A DNA stretch of 64,000 bases from Methanobacteriota archaeon (lineage in GTDB: Archaea; JAADCQ01; Methanopyri; Methanopyrales; Methanopyraceae), in NCBI GenBank assembly GCA_027064425.1, contig JAMOPO010000057.1:32001-96000 (forward strand). Reading direction: 5' to 3'. The position numbers and the translations under genes were made by a program. This document shows positions 28,211 to 36,777 of the stretch, one piece after another; the first letter of the stretch is position 1, and the number at the start of each line of letters is the position of its first letter. The notes under the pieces were generated by a model that was given only the letters and a program-made list of their open reading frames with translations, ran no database searches and had not been told where the DNA came from.

Positions 28211-29023
28211 TTGCTCGAGCGGGTCTTCCAGCGGGTGCACCGTGAGGGTCGCGGGGCGCTGATCGGGTACTTAACTTGCGGGTACCCGGGCCTCGAGGAA
28301 ACGGTGGAGCTGGCCCGGGCGATGCGCGACGGAGGGGTCGACATCCTGGAGCTGGGAGTGCCCTTCTCCGAGCCCATCGCGGACGGTCCGACGATCCAGA
28401 AGGCCGTCGATGAAGCGCTGAAGGCGGGGACCACGCCCTGGGACTGCCTGGAGGTCGCGGAGGAGGTCTCGGACTTCGTGCCCGTGGTGCTCCTGTGTTA
28501 CTACAACACGCTGCACGCGAACGGGATCCGGCGGTACCTGGAGGCGGCGGCGGACGCGGGCGTGTCCGGGATCATCGTCGCCGATATGCCCGTGGAGGAG
28601 TCCGACGAGGTGTGGGAGGCGGCCAGGGACGTGGGCATCGACGTGATCTACCTGGTGGCCCCCTCCACGACCGAGGAGCGTCTCGAAATGATCGGTGAGC
28701 GGGCCTCGGGCTTCGTCTACGTGATCTCTCGGTACGGCGTCACGGGGGCCCGGGAGGACCTCTCCGAGGGGACCATCGAGCTGGTGCGGTGGGTCCGGGG
28801 CTACGTGGACGTCCCCATCGCCGTCGGGTTCGGGATCTCGAAGCGGTGGCACGTCCGGGAGGTCGTGGCGGCGGGCGCGGACGGCGCGATCGTGGGCTCC
28901 GCCTTCATCGACCTCATCCACGAGTCCGAGGACCTGGAGGAGGCCAGGGAGCGCGTTCGAGAGCTCGCCGAGCGGCTGGTGGAAGGGGCGAGGGAGGGGT
29001 ACGAGCGGCGCTCATCGGGATAG
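28211..29023 (+). CDS. trpA: Tryptophan synthase alpha chain
   Basis: LELGVPFSEPIADGPTIQ, YYN, GVTG, VGFGIS, IVGSA. Confidence 0.96.
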   Translation: MLERVFQRVHREGRGALIGYLTCGYPGLEETVELARAMRDGGVDILELGVPFSEPIADGPTIQKAVDEALKAGTTPWDCLEVAEEVSDFVPVVLLCYYNTLHANGIRRYLEAAADAGVSGIIVADMPVEESDEVWEAARDVGIDVIYLVAPSTTEERLEMIGERASGFVYVISRYGVTGAREDLSEGTIELVRWVRGYVDVPIAVGFGISKRWHVREVVAAGADGAIVGSAFIDLIHESEDLEEARERVRELAERLVEGAREGYERRSSG

Positions 29024-29386
29024 GGCGCGCCGGGCCGCGGCCTCCAGCATCGAGGCGGCCCGGCCGGCGGCCCTGTCGATCACCCGCTCCAGCTCCTCCT
29101 CCAGCACCTCGTCGGCGACCTCCAGCACCAGGTCCAGCGTCTCCTCGAGCTCGTCCGGATCCGGTAGGTTGGGGTTGGATCGACTCAGCTCCTCCTCCAG
29201 CGCCTCCTCCAGGTGGGCCTGAGCCCGATCGGCCAGCGCGGGCACGAACCGCTCCTGAAGCTCCGTGCTCAGGGTCTCCCGGATCGAGTCCTCGTCCACC
29301 TCGAGCTTCTCCGCCAGGTAGACCTCGCACCACAGGTTCAGCAGGCGGTCCATGAGCCGCTCCCGGACCTCATCCGTTGACACCAT
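29012..29386 (-). CDS. Hypothetical acidic helical protein
   Basis: ATG at 29386, host codon bias. Confidence 0.6.
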   Translation of the reverse strand: MVSTDEVRERLMDRLLNLWCEVYLAEKLEVDEDSIRETLSTELQERFVPALADRAQAHLEEALEEELSRSNPNLPDPDELEETLDLVLEVADEVLEEELERVIDRAAGRAASMLEAAARRALSR

Positions 29387-29409
29387 CCTCCGAGCCAACG
29401 GGAAGCCCC

Positions 29410-29727
29410 CTACCCCTCGACGCTCAGGTGCTCGTCCAGGTCCTCGAGGATCCTCTTCGCGCTCCGCTCGGCCACCATCCCCAGGATCCACTCCGTGTCC
29501 TTCATCGCCCGCTCGACGGCCCGGCACACCGCGTCGACGAGGAACCGGCACTCGTCCACGTCCACACCGGCCTCGGAGAGCCGCTCCAGGTAACGATCCC
29601 GGAAGTCCTCGCCGAACCGCTCCAGCTCCTCCCGGATCCCGCTCGACAGCTCCCCGAGGCTCAGCTCCTCACGGACGCGGCTCGCCAGGTTGGGCAGCAC
29701 CTCCTCCAGGGGATCCTCCTCCGCCAT
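29410..29727 (-). CDS. Hypothetical acidic helical protein
   Basis: ATG after GGGGT SD-like site; host codon bias. Confidence 0.65.
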   Translation of the reverse strand: MAEEDPLEEVLPNLASRVREELSLGELSSGIREELERFGEDFRDRYLERLSEAGVDVDECRFLVDAVCRAVERAMKDTEWILGMVAERSAKRILEDLDEHLSVEG

Positions 29728-29786
29728 CGGGTGACCCCGCCGGTGTTCACGTTCCGACGTAGGATAAGTCCTTCGAAAAGGGGGAA

Positions 29787-29853
29787 GGGGTCGGGAAGTC
29801 CGCCTTCGCTCATCCCCGGTTCCGGGTCGCCCAAGGCTGAACTCCTCATCCCG
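29787..29853 (-). ncRNA. Box C/D guide sRNA candidate (probable dual 16S guide)
   Basis: GGG-ATGAGGA(C)-GTTCAGCCTTGG-GCGA(D')-CCCGGAACCGGG hairpin-G-ATGAGCGA(C')-AGGCGGACTTC-CCGA(D)-CCCC. Confidence 0.8.
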
Positions 29854-29896
29854 CGCAAGACTTTTTACGCGAGTGGACGCGGTGGGCCCGGGAGGA

Positions 29897-29974
29897 GGGC
29901 CCGCAGCTCAGTCCGGTCAGAGCGCGGGGCTCATAACCCCGTGGTCCCGGGTTCAAATCCCGGCGGGCCCACCA
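29897..29974 (+). tRNA. tRNA-Ile2(CAT) (agmatidine type), encoded CCA, C at position 8
   Basis: GGGCCCG acceptor stem typical of archaeal tRNA-Ile; CTCATAA loop; GGTTCAAATCC; TTTTTA promoter-like element at 29862. Confidence 0.85.
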
Positions 29975-29982
29975 CCCCGAAT

Positions 29983-30001
29983 CGTTATGATGACTATAAC
30001 G
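29983..30001. repeat. Inverted repeat (CGTTA-N9-TAACG) downstream of tRNA-Ile2
   Basis: CGTTAT-GATGACT-ATAACG. Confidence 0.7.
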
Positions 30002-30968
30002 TTGTCCCGGCCGAGGCCAGCGCGGGTAGCGGGTAGAGCGGGGCCATCGCCGTCATCGTCACCCAGTCCAGCCTCCCCCTCCGACCCCGGAGGTAGAGCG
30101 CGAGCATCGAGGCCATCGGGACCAGGAGGTACGTCAGGTCCCGGGGCGAGAGGTCCCACCGGGTGAAAACCAGTCCTATCGAGACCGGGAACGTGGCCTG
30201 GAACACCATCGCCCCGGTCACGTTGCCCAGGGCGAGGCGGTCGCGCCCGCGGATGTACCAGATCACGCTGTTCACCTTCTCCGGCAGCTCCGTGGCCACC
30301 GGGGTCAGCAGGGAGGAGACGACCAGCGAGCTCAGCCCCACGCTGAGGGAGATCTCCTCGACCCCGCGGGCAAAGCTCCGGGCGCCGAGGACCATCAGGA
30401 GGACGGAGACGGCGAGCAGCAGGGTGGACAGCGCGGCCGCCAAGGCCGGGTGGGCCAGCTCCACGGGGAGGGAGGGGCGCTCGATCGGCTCGCCGATCCC
30501 GGACAGCCGCTTCAGGTAGTACGCGTACAGTGCGATCAGGAGGGCCGCGACCGCGCACCGCAGGGGCCACGACTTGACGAGGGTGGCGAGGAGCGTGAGC
30601 GCGTAGGCGGCCAGGAAGTGGCGGGCGTCGAATCGGAGCTGGTCGCAGCGCACCTCGGGGGAGCCCCTGTACCCGAGCGCGCTGGCGAGCGCGACCGCGA
30701 TCCCGCCGACGCCCATGGCCAGGGTGGAGAGCATGAGCGGGGCGCCGAGGATGGCCCCCACCGCCACGCCTTCCTGCCGGCCCGTGGCGATGGCGACGAT
30801 GGGCACGAGGGTCTCCGGCAGGGCGGTGGCCACGGCCGCCACGAAGCTGCCCACGAAGCCGGCGGGGAGCTTGAACCGGTAGCTGATCCACTCCACGACG
30901 TTGGTAAATACCCAGGCCCCGAGCAGGACCTCCGCCATGCCCGAGACCAGGTCCACGACCGCGCTCAA
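29994..30968 (-). CDS. Sodium:calcium antiporter (CaCA family)
   Basis: Two alpha repeats, AVATALPE and PVATELPE...GNVTGA; multiple TM segments. Confidence 0.88.
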   Translation of the reverse strand: MSAVVDLVSGMAEVLLGAWVFTNVVEWISYRFKLPAGFVGSFVAAVATALPETLVPIVAIATGRQEGVAVGAILGAPLMLSTLAMGVGGIAVALASALGYRGSPEVRCDQLRFDARHFLAAYALTLLATLVKSWPLRCAVAALLIALYAYYLKRLSGIGEPIERPSLPVELAHPALAAALSTLLLAVSVLLMVLGARSFARGVEEISLSVGLSSLVVSSLLTPVATELPEKVNSVIWYIRGRDRLALGNVTGAMVFQATFPVSIGLVFTRWDLSPRDLTYLLVPMASMLALYLRGRRGRLDWVTMTAMAPLYPLPALASAGTTL

Positions 30969-31005
30969 GCGGGGGTCCCCTGGGTTGGTTAAGGGTACGA
31001 TCAAG

Positions 31006-31278
31006 CTGAGCCGGTGCGGGCTCAGGGCGCCCGAGTGCGAGCCGGTCCGGCGGTCCTACTTCGAGCGGCTGCGCCGCTTCCGGGACTATCAGGTACGGAA
31101 GCTGTACGAGGAGGGCGTGCGTATAAACGTATTGGCGAGGCTGTTCGACCTGTCCGAGGGCGAGGTTCGGGAGATTCTGCTTAAGCCGCCGAGGTGCGCC
31201 CGGTGCGGCAGGAAGCTCCGCCGGAACGTGCCGCTGTGTTCCGAGTGCGAGCGGGTGCTGAGGGAGTCCGAGGAATGA
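31006..31278 (+). CDS. Small HTH + C4 zinc-ribbon protein; start uncertain (CTG?)
   Basis: RDYQVRKLYEEGVRINVLARLFDLSEGEVREIL helix-turn-helix; CARC..CSEC; stop overlaps the mobA ATG. Confidence 0.6.
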   Translation: MSRCGLRAPECEPVRRSYFERLRRFRDYQVRKLYEEGVRINVLARLFDLSEGEVREILLKPPRCARCGRKLRRNVPLCSECERVLRESEE

Positions 31279-31805
31279 TCGGGGCGGTGCTGATCGGTGG
31301 GCGCGGGCGGCGGATCGGTGGGGACAAGCCCTGGGTGGTCGTGGAGGGGAGGCCGCTGGTCGAGTGGGCGACGAGGCTTCTGAGGCGGGTCGGGTGCGAG
31401 CGGGTTTACGCGGTCGCCCCCGTCCGCGACGCGCGCTGGGACGGTCCAACGATCCGGGACAGCGGGGGAGGGCCCGCGGACGGTATTCGGGCCGTGCTGG
31501 AGGCGTTTCCGGGCGAGCTCGTCTGCGTGACCGCCTGCGACGTGGTGTTCGACCCGGAGGCCTTCTCCCGGTGCGACCCGGTGCCACGGCACGTCAAGGG
31601 AACGCTGTTCCCGATGCTCCTAAGGGCCGAGGAGGTCCCGCGGGCCGAGTCCGTGCGGGAGCTGCTGGACCGGCTGGGCTCGGTCGGCGTGGAGGTGCCG
31701 GCGGTGGACGCGGACCGGCCGGAGGACCTCCCTCGGTACCGGGCGCTGCTGCGTCGGGTCACCGGACGAAGTGCTCGCGGCGCTTCCGCTGGTACTCCTC
31801 GATGA
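31275..31805 (+). CDS. mobA: Molybdenum cofactor guanylyltransferase-like NTP transferase
   Basis: LIGGRGRRIGGDK, GPADGI, ACDV, DADRPEDL. Confidence 0.75.
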   Translation: MIGAVLIGGRGRRIGGDKPWVVVEGRPLVEWATRLLRRVGCERVYAVAPVRDARWDGPTIRDSGGGPADGIRAVLEAFPGELVCVTACDVVFDPEAFSRCDPVPRHVKGTLFPMLLRAEEVPRAESVRELLDRLGSVGVEVPAVDADRPEDLPRYRALLRRVTGRSARGASAGTPR

Positions 31806-33756
31806 TGCGCACGATCTCCTCTCGCTGCTCCTCCCGCTCCTCCTCCTTCCACCGCTCTCGGACGCGCTCGATCGCGCGGCGCAGCTCGTCCGACTCGACG
31901 AGTGCCAGGGTGCCGGCGCGCTTGACGGTCACGTCCCGGCCCTCCTCCAGCAGCGGCAGCTTCAGCTCCCGGAACTTGGCCCGGGCCTGCTCGGGCACGG
32001 CGGACTCGTCGGGCACGATCACCGCCTCCGGGTCGAGGTCCTGGAGCTCCTCCACGTTGGACTCGCTCATCCCGCTGGGATCCTCCACGTAGAGCGCGAA
32101 CACCGGCGGGGTCCGCAGGTCCGAGAGCACCTCGTGCGAGGCCTTCTCCACCTCCACCACCGGGACGCCCTTGCCCGAGCGGAGGATGGCGTTGAGCCGC
32201 TCCGCCTTCCTCAGCCGGCGCTCGAGCTCCTGCCGCCGCGACTTCTCCCGGTTAAGCTCCCGCCGCAGGCGCTGGATCTCCCGCTCCTTCGCCTTCAGCC
32301 TCCTCTTCACGCGCTCCTCCACGAGCTCCTCGATCCGGTCCTGCAGCGACTCGAGCTTCTCCTTCAGCTCCCTGTTCTCCTGCTTGAGCTTGTCAACGAG
32401 CCGCTCCAGGTACTCCAGCTCGCGCTCGTACTCCCGGAGCTTGTTCTCCCGGGACTCCAGCTCGCGCTCCAGCGCCCGAATGCGGCGCCGGTAGCGGTCG
32501 ATTCGCGCCCGGTCCTTCCGGCGCTGGCGCTCGATCGTGCGCTCCTTGCTCACGATCTTAAGGGCGTCCGAGACGGGGAGTCCCTTGATCACGTAGCTGG
32601 CGGCCTTCAGCACGTCCCGACGCTTGGCGTCCTCCGGCGCCCGCCGCTCCACCTTCTTGATCGTGGGCTTGACCAGCGTGTGGTACGCCTTGATCGCGGC
32701 CGCGAGCGCGTCCCGCTGGTGGGTGTCCCGGGGCCGCACCCGCTCGCCGCGCTTGGCCAGGTGGCCCTTCACCAGCTCCCGCTTCTCATCGACCGAGAGG
32801 CTCCGCTTGGGCCGGTACAGCTTGGCACCCAGGGTCCGGGCCAGCCGCTCGACGGCGGTCGGAACCGGCGAGACGTCCGTGGCCACGACCGCCGGCCGGC
32901 CCAGGGACTCCACCCGCTCCACGATCTCGCTGATGGACACGTTCCGCGAGCTCTCCAGGTGGATGACCGCGCCGTCGGCGTTGAGCACGGCGACCGCGGT
33001 CGTGGCGCCCGGATCCACACCCACGGTGAGGAGCTCCCGCCGGTGCGACTCCCCGCGGAAGGTGATCTTGTCCTTCAGGACCGGCTCGACCTGGACCTTG
33101 ACCTCCGAGGTGTCGACGCTGTCCACGATGGGCTTGACCCGGTCGTAGCGCTCGTAGACCACGAACTCGGCCGAGGCGTATCCACCCTCCGCCTTCCTGA
33201 CGTGCAGATCGTAGTCGATGCCCTCCCGCTCCAGCGCCGCCTGAAGCTCCTTAACCGCGCGCTTGACCGCCGCGTGCAGGTTCCGAGCGTACCGGGACTG
33301 GCTGAACCCGCCCTGCCCCGGCCTGCGCGCCCGACCGATCCGGATCCGAGTCTCGTCCTCCAGGACGAAGACCTCGCTGCCCACGCCCATCCGGGCCAGA
33401 CGGGCGCAGGCCTCGGCCTCCTCCTCGGGATCCTTCGGGTCCGGCACGGGGATCCCGTGCTCCCGGGCCAGGCGCTGGAGGGATCGCTGCTCTCCGGGCT
33501 CCCCGGTCACCTGGACGACGCGCAGGGTCGGGTGCGCCTTGATCACCTCCATGAGCTCGGAGGTGCTGTCCAGGAGCTCGTACACGTTGTCCACGGCCAG
33601 AACGTCCGGCTCGGTGGCGAGAAGCAGGTCGAGCAGGTCGTCCCGGGACAGGCGCTTCCTGAGCACGACCTCGTCGTCCTCGAGGACGACGACCGCGTAC
33701 TCCGGAGGATCCTCCCGGACGACATCCACTCCGACCACGATCACGATCCCGCGCAC
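31759..33756 (-). CDS. DUF460 family RNase H-like / coiled-coil protein
   Basis: LAVDNVYEL, GGFSQSRYAR, VGVDPG, VATDV, HQRDALAAA, long coiled coil. Confidence 0.85.
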   Translation of the reverse strand: MRGIVIVVGVDVVREDPPEYAVVVLEDDEVVLRKRLSRDDLLDLLLATEPDVLAVDNVYELLDSTSELMEVIKAHPTLRVVQVTGEPGEQRSLQRLAREHGIPVPDPKDPEEEAEACARLARMGVGSEVFVLEDETRIRIGRARRPGQGGFSQSRYARNLHAAVKRAVKELQAALEREGIDYDLHVRKAEGGYASAEFVVYERYDRVKPIVDSVDTSEVKVQVEPVLKDKITFRGESHRRELLTVGVDPGATTAVAVLNADGAVIHLESSRNVSISEIVERVESLGRPAVVATDVSPVPTAVERLARTLGAKLYRPKRSLSVDEKRELVKGHLAKRGERVRPRDTHQRDALAAAIKAYHTLVKPTIKKVERRAPEDAKRRDVLKAASYVIKGLPVSDALKIVSKERTIERQRRKDRARIDRYRRRIRALERELESRENKLREYERELEYLERLVDKLKQENRELKEKLESLQDRIEELVEERVKRRLKAKEREIQRLRRELNREKSRRQELERRLRKAERLNAILRSGKGVPVVEVEKASHEVLSDLRTPPVFALYVEDPSGMSESNVEELQDLDPEAVIVPDESAVPEQARAKFRELKLPLLEEGRDVTVKRAGTLALVESDELRRAIERVRERWKEEEREEQREEIVRIIEEYQRKRREHFVR

Positions 33757-33789
33757 CCGCGCGGGGGGTTGTCACGAGCCGGCGAGCGT

Positions 33790-34326
33790 TCACTTAAGAA
33801 TAAGCTGTCGGGCGACCGCGTTCGCCATGTGATCGCCCGAGAGCTCCCGCACCACCTCCAGGCAGGCGTCGACCGCGAACGCGGGACCCCGGGTCGTGAT
33901 CACCCGGCCGTCCCGCACCATGCCGCGCTCCACCGGCTCCGCGCCTCGAGCCCTCAGCTCCGCCTCCAGGCCCGGGTAAGTCGTGGCCCGCCTGCCGTCG
34001 AGCACCCCGGCCTCGGCCAGGACCAGCGCGCCGGAGGAGAGACCCACGACCAGGCCGCGCTCGCTCACCGACCGCACGAGCTCCAGGCACCTTCGGTAGC
34101 CCGTGAGCGTGGTGGGGGAGGAGCCCCCGGGGATCACGACGGCCTCGTAACCCCCACCCTCCGCGTCCCAGATGGTGGCGTCAACGCTGAGCCGCAGCCC
34201 GTTCACGCCCTCCACCTCCTCCTCGACCCCGACCAGCTCCCAGTTCAGCCCGCCCCGCGAGAGCACGCTGATCGCCGCACCCAGCTCCAGCTCCTCGAAC
34301 CCCTCATCGATGAGGATCGCGATCAA
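33790..34326 (-). CDS. DJ-1/PfpI family protein
   Basis: DEGFEELE, VIPGG, ATTYPG, ITTRGP; nucleophile elbow reads LSSG (Cys absent); TTG start. Confidence 0.85.
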   Translation of the reverse strand: MIAILIDEGFEELELGAAISVLSRGGLNWELVGVEEEVEGVNGLRLSVDATIWDAEGGGYEAVVIPGGSSPTTLTGYRRCLELVRSVSERGLVVGLSSGALVLAEAGVLDGRRATTYPGLEAELRARGAEPVERGMVRDGRVITTRGPAFAVDACLEVVRELSGDHMANAVARQLILK

Positions 34327-34374
34327 GGGGAACGCCCCTCGCCGGTGGTGTCCCCGGGCCCGAAGAAACCATCC

Positions 34375-34920
34375 AAGCTCGTCGCCGCGCTGCACGCGCG
34401 CCGGCTGGAGGGGCGGAGCGCTGGTCCTGAGCACGCAGGCCGCCGATGGACGAGGTGCGGACGCACGGGGAATACCTCGAGGACCCGGTCTCGGAGGGGA
34501 CCCGCCGGACGCTCGCCGCCAACGGCGCCGGGCCGCGGTTCGCGGTCACGTAGCGGGCTCTCGGGCCTTGATCGAGCGCTCGCCGCGCCCGGGAGGGTGC
34601 GGTGAGTCGGGGAATCGCGCCCACGGGTGGAGGATAGAGCCGCCGCTGCCGGGGATCTGGGCGGGGTCTTGCCTGAAGGAGCGTGATCGTGACGACCCGC
34701 TGACCCGGACCCCCTCGGTGGGCGCGCCCGGTTCGTCGAGTCCGAGCTCGACTGGGCCGTCCTGGCGCGCCCGGAGGGAGTGATCCCGGGGTTCCGGGGT
34801 CATCGTCGGGTGGGGTGACAGGTACGGTAACGGGTGGCTCGTTCCGGCCTTGGCGAGGCCGTGCCGCGGGTCGTCGTGAGGTTAAGGGTGAGAAGGAGGA
34901 GCTGGGGTGGCTCCTGAAAA
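34375..34920 (+). pseudogene. Probable multiply frameshifted gene remnant
   Basis: Short protein-like, codon-biased fragments in alternating + frames (MDEVRTHGEYLEDPVSEG; RFVESELDWAVLARPEGVIPGF; VIVGWGDRYGNGWLVPALA). Confidence 0.35.
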
Positions 34921-34934
34921 ACGCGAGGGGGGCG

Positions 34935-35666
34935 TTAGCGGCGGCCGCCTCGGCCCGTCTTCCGGGCCGCGATGTGTCCGACCTTCTGCCCGGGTGGCGC
35001 CCCGCGGGCGACGGTCGTCGGCTTGCCGGGGCTCTGGTGGTTGCCACCACCGAACGGGTGGTCGACGGCGTTCATCGCCACGCCGCGCACCTTGGGCCAC
35101 TTGCCGCCCTTCGAGCGCATGTGGTGGTACTTCTTACCGGCCTTGACGAACGGCTTCTCGCGCTTGCCGCCGCCCGCCATCACGCCGATGGTCGCGCGGC
35201 ACCGCGGGTCGAAGGCGCGGATCTTGCCGGAAGGCAGCTGGACGTAGGTCTTGCCCACGTCGTGCGCGACGATGGTGGCGTAGCAGCCCGGGGCCCGGGC
35301 GAACTTGCCGCCGTCTCCCGGCCGTCCCTCGATGTTGAAGATCGGGACTCCCTCGGGGATCTCCGCCAGCGGCAGGGTGTTACCCGGCTTGATCTCGGCG
35401 GAGACGCCGCACTCGATGGTGTCGCCCACCTTGGTGCCCTCGGGCACCAGGACCAGCCGCTCCTCGCCGTCCTCGAAGCGCACGCGGGCCACCGGTGCGT
35501 TCCGGGCGGGGTCGTGGATGAGCTCGATGACCTTGCCGACTACCTTCCCCTTCTTCTCCTTCTCGTCGTAGGGTCGGTGCCCGGCGCGGCCACGGTACCG
35601 GTGCGAGGGTGCGCGGTACGTGGGCGAGCCGCGACCGAGGCGCTGCGGCCGGATGCGCTTGCCCAT
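34935..35666 (-). CDS. rpl2: 50S ribosomal protein L2
   Basis: HDPARNAP, RGVAMNAVDHPFGGG. Confidence 0.97.
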   Translation of the reverse strand: MGKRIRPQRLGRGSPTYRAPSHRYRGRAGHRPYDEKEKKGKVVGKVIELIHDPARNAPVARVRFEDGEERLVLVPEGTKVGDTIECGVSAEIKPGNTLPLAEIPEGVPIFNIEGRPGDGGKFARAPGCYATIVAHDVGKTYVQLPSGKIRAFDPRCRATIGVMAGGGKREKPFVKAGKKYHHMRSKGGKWPKVRGVAMNAVDHPFGGGNHQSPGKPTTVARGAPPGQKVGHIAARKTGRGGRR

Positions 35667-35681
35667 GGGGATGCACCCCGC

Positions 35682-35969
35682 CTACAGGATGCCCAGCTCC
35701 ACGGCGATGTCCTCGGCCCGGTACTCGGGCTTTAGCTTGACGTAGGCCTTTTTCTCGCCCTTGGGCGTGATGAGCGTGTTCACTTTCTCGACCTCGACGT
35801 CGAAGAGCTCCTCGACGGCCTTCTTGATCATCGGCTTGGTCGCGTCGCGCCGGACGATGAACGTGAGCTTGTTCTCCGCCTCCAGCAGGCGCATGGCCTT
35901 CTCCGTCGCCAGCGGGTACAGGAGCACGTCGTGCGGGTCCTCAATGCGCGGACCGCGTCGCTTCGCCAT
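35682..35969 (-). CDS. rpl23: 50S ribosomal protein L23
   Basis: TEKAM, NKLTFIV, KKAYVKL. Confidence 0.97.
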   Translation of the reverse strand: MAKRRGPRIEDPHDVLLYPLATEKAMRLLEAENKLTFIVRRDATKPMIKKAVEELFDVEVEKVNTLITPKGEKKAYVKLKPEYRAEDIAVELGIL

Positions 35970-35982
35970 GGGGTTCGGCCCC

Positions 35983-36765
35983 CTACTCGCCCAGTCGCTC
36001 CTCCAGGACCTCGATCGCGGAGGGCGTGTACACGGTCAGCCGGCCCGGGTGAGCGCCGGGGGCGAGGTGCTCGACGTTGAGCTCCATCGCCTTGACCACG
36101 TCGACGCCCGGGTGGTTCCGGGCCCCGAGCTCGATGCCCTCGAACTCGTCCACCACGATCAGGACGCTCTTCGGCTTGACGTAGCGCCGGCCGCGCCGCT
36201 TGCCCTTACCCGCGCGGATGCGGCGCTTCTTCTTGGCCCGCTCCACGTCGTCCCACAGGCCCAGGTTCTTGAAGAACTCTCGCACCTCCCGGGCCTTCCG
36301 CAGCTCTCGCAGCTCGTCCACGACGACCAGGGGCAGCTCCGGAACCTCGTCGATGATGTGGCCTCGGTCCTCCACGAACTCCGGCTTGGCGGTGGCCGCC
36401 AGGGCGGAGCGGAGAGCGGCGCGCTTCTCCTTCCGGTTCACCTTCTGGCTCCAGTCCTTCTCCGGCTTCGGTGGGTGGGCCTTGCGCCCGCCGACGGCCT
36501 GGGCGACGCGGGCGGCGCGGCCGGCGGCCGGGTGCCGCTCGCCCTTGATCCGTGGCACCATCGCGACTCCGTAGCCCGCACCCCACGACTCGGCGCTCGT
36601 GCGCATACCCGCCCGCGGGTCCGTACCGTAGGGCTGCCGCCGGTTCGCCTGGAACGCCAGGACCACGCGCCGGATGAGGTCCTTCCGCACGGGCTCCTCG
36701 AAGAACTCCGGCAGCTCGATCTCGTCCACCTGCTCGCCCTCCAGGTCGAACACTGGGACCTTCAC
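35983..36765 (-). CDS. rpl4: 50S ribosomal protein L4
   Basis: [36 protein letters not shown]. Confidence 0.97.
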   Translation of the reverse strand: MKVPVFDLEGEQVDEIELPEFFEEPVRKDLIRRVVLAFQANRRQPYGTDPRAGMRTSAESWGAGYGVAMVPRIKGERHPAAGRAARVAQAVGGRKAHPPKPEKDWSQKVNRKEKRAALRSALAATAKPEFVEDRGHIIDEVPELPLVVVDELRELRKAREVREFFKNLGLWDDVERAKKKRRIRAGKGKRRGRRYVKPKSVLIVVDEFEGIELGARNHPGVDVVKAMELNVEHLAPGAHPGRLTVYTPSAIEVLEERLGE

Positions 36766-36777
36766 GACGCGACCCCC

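Noticed and set aside
26992-29974. Integrated element between the two tRNAs
   Set aside because: No integrase and no duplicated tRNA 3' end; contents are housekeeping (trpA, SPOUT)
29987-29993. Perfect box C ATGATGA after tRNA-Ile2
   Set aside because: No correctly spaced D', C' or D boxes; lies inside the CGTTA-N9-TAACG palindrome
31771-34605. 944-aa ORF and other long ORFs (12098-14149, 14055-15944, 35761-37911, 59172-61574)
   Set aside because: Antisense or alternative-frame shadows of recognised genes, expected in high-GC DNA; compositions are not protein-like
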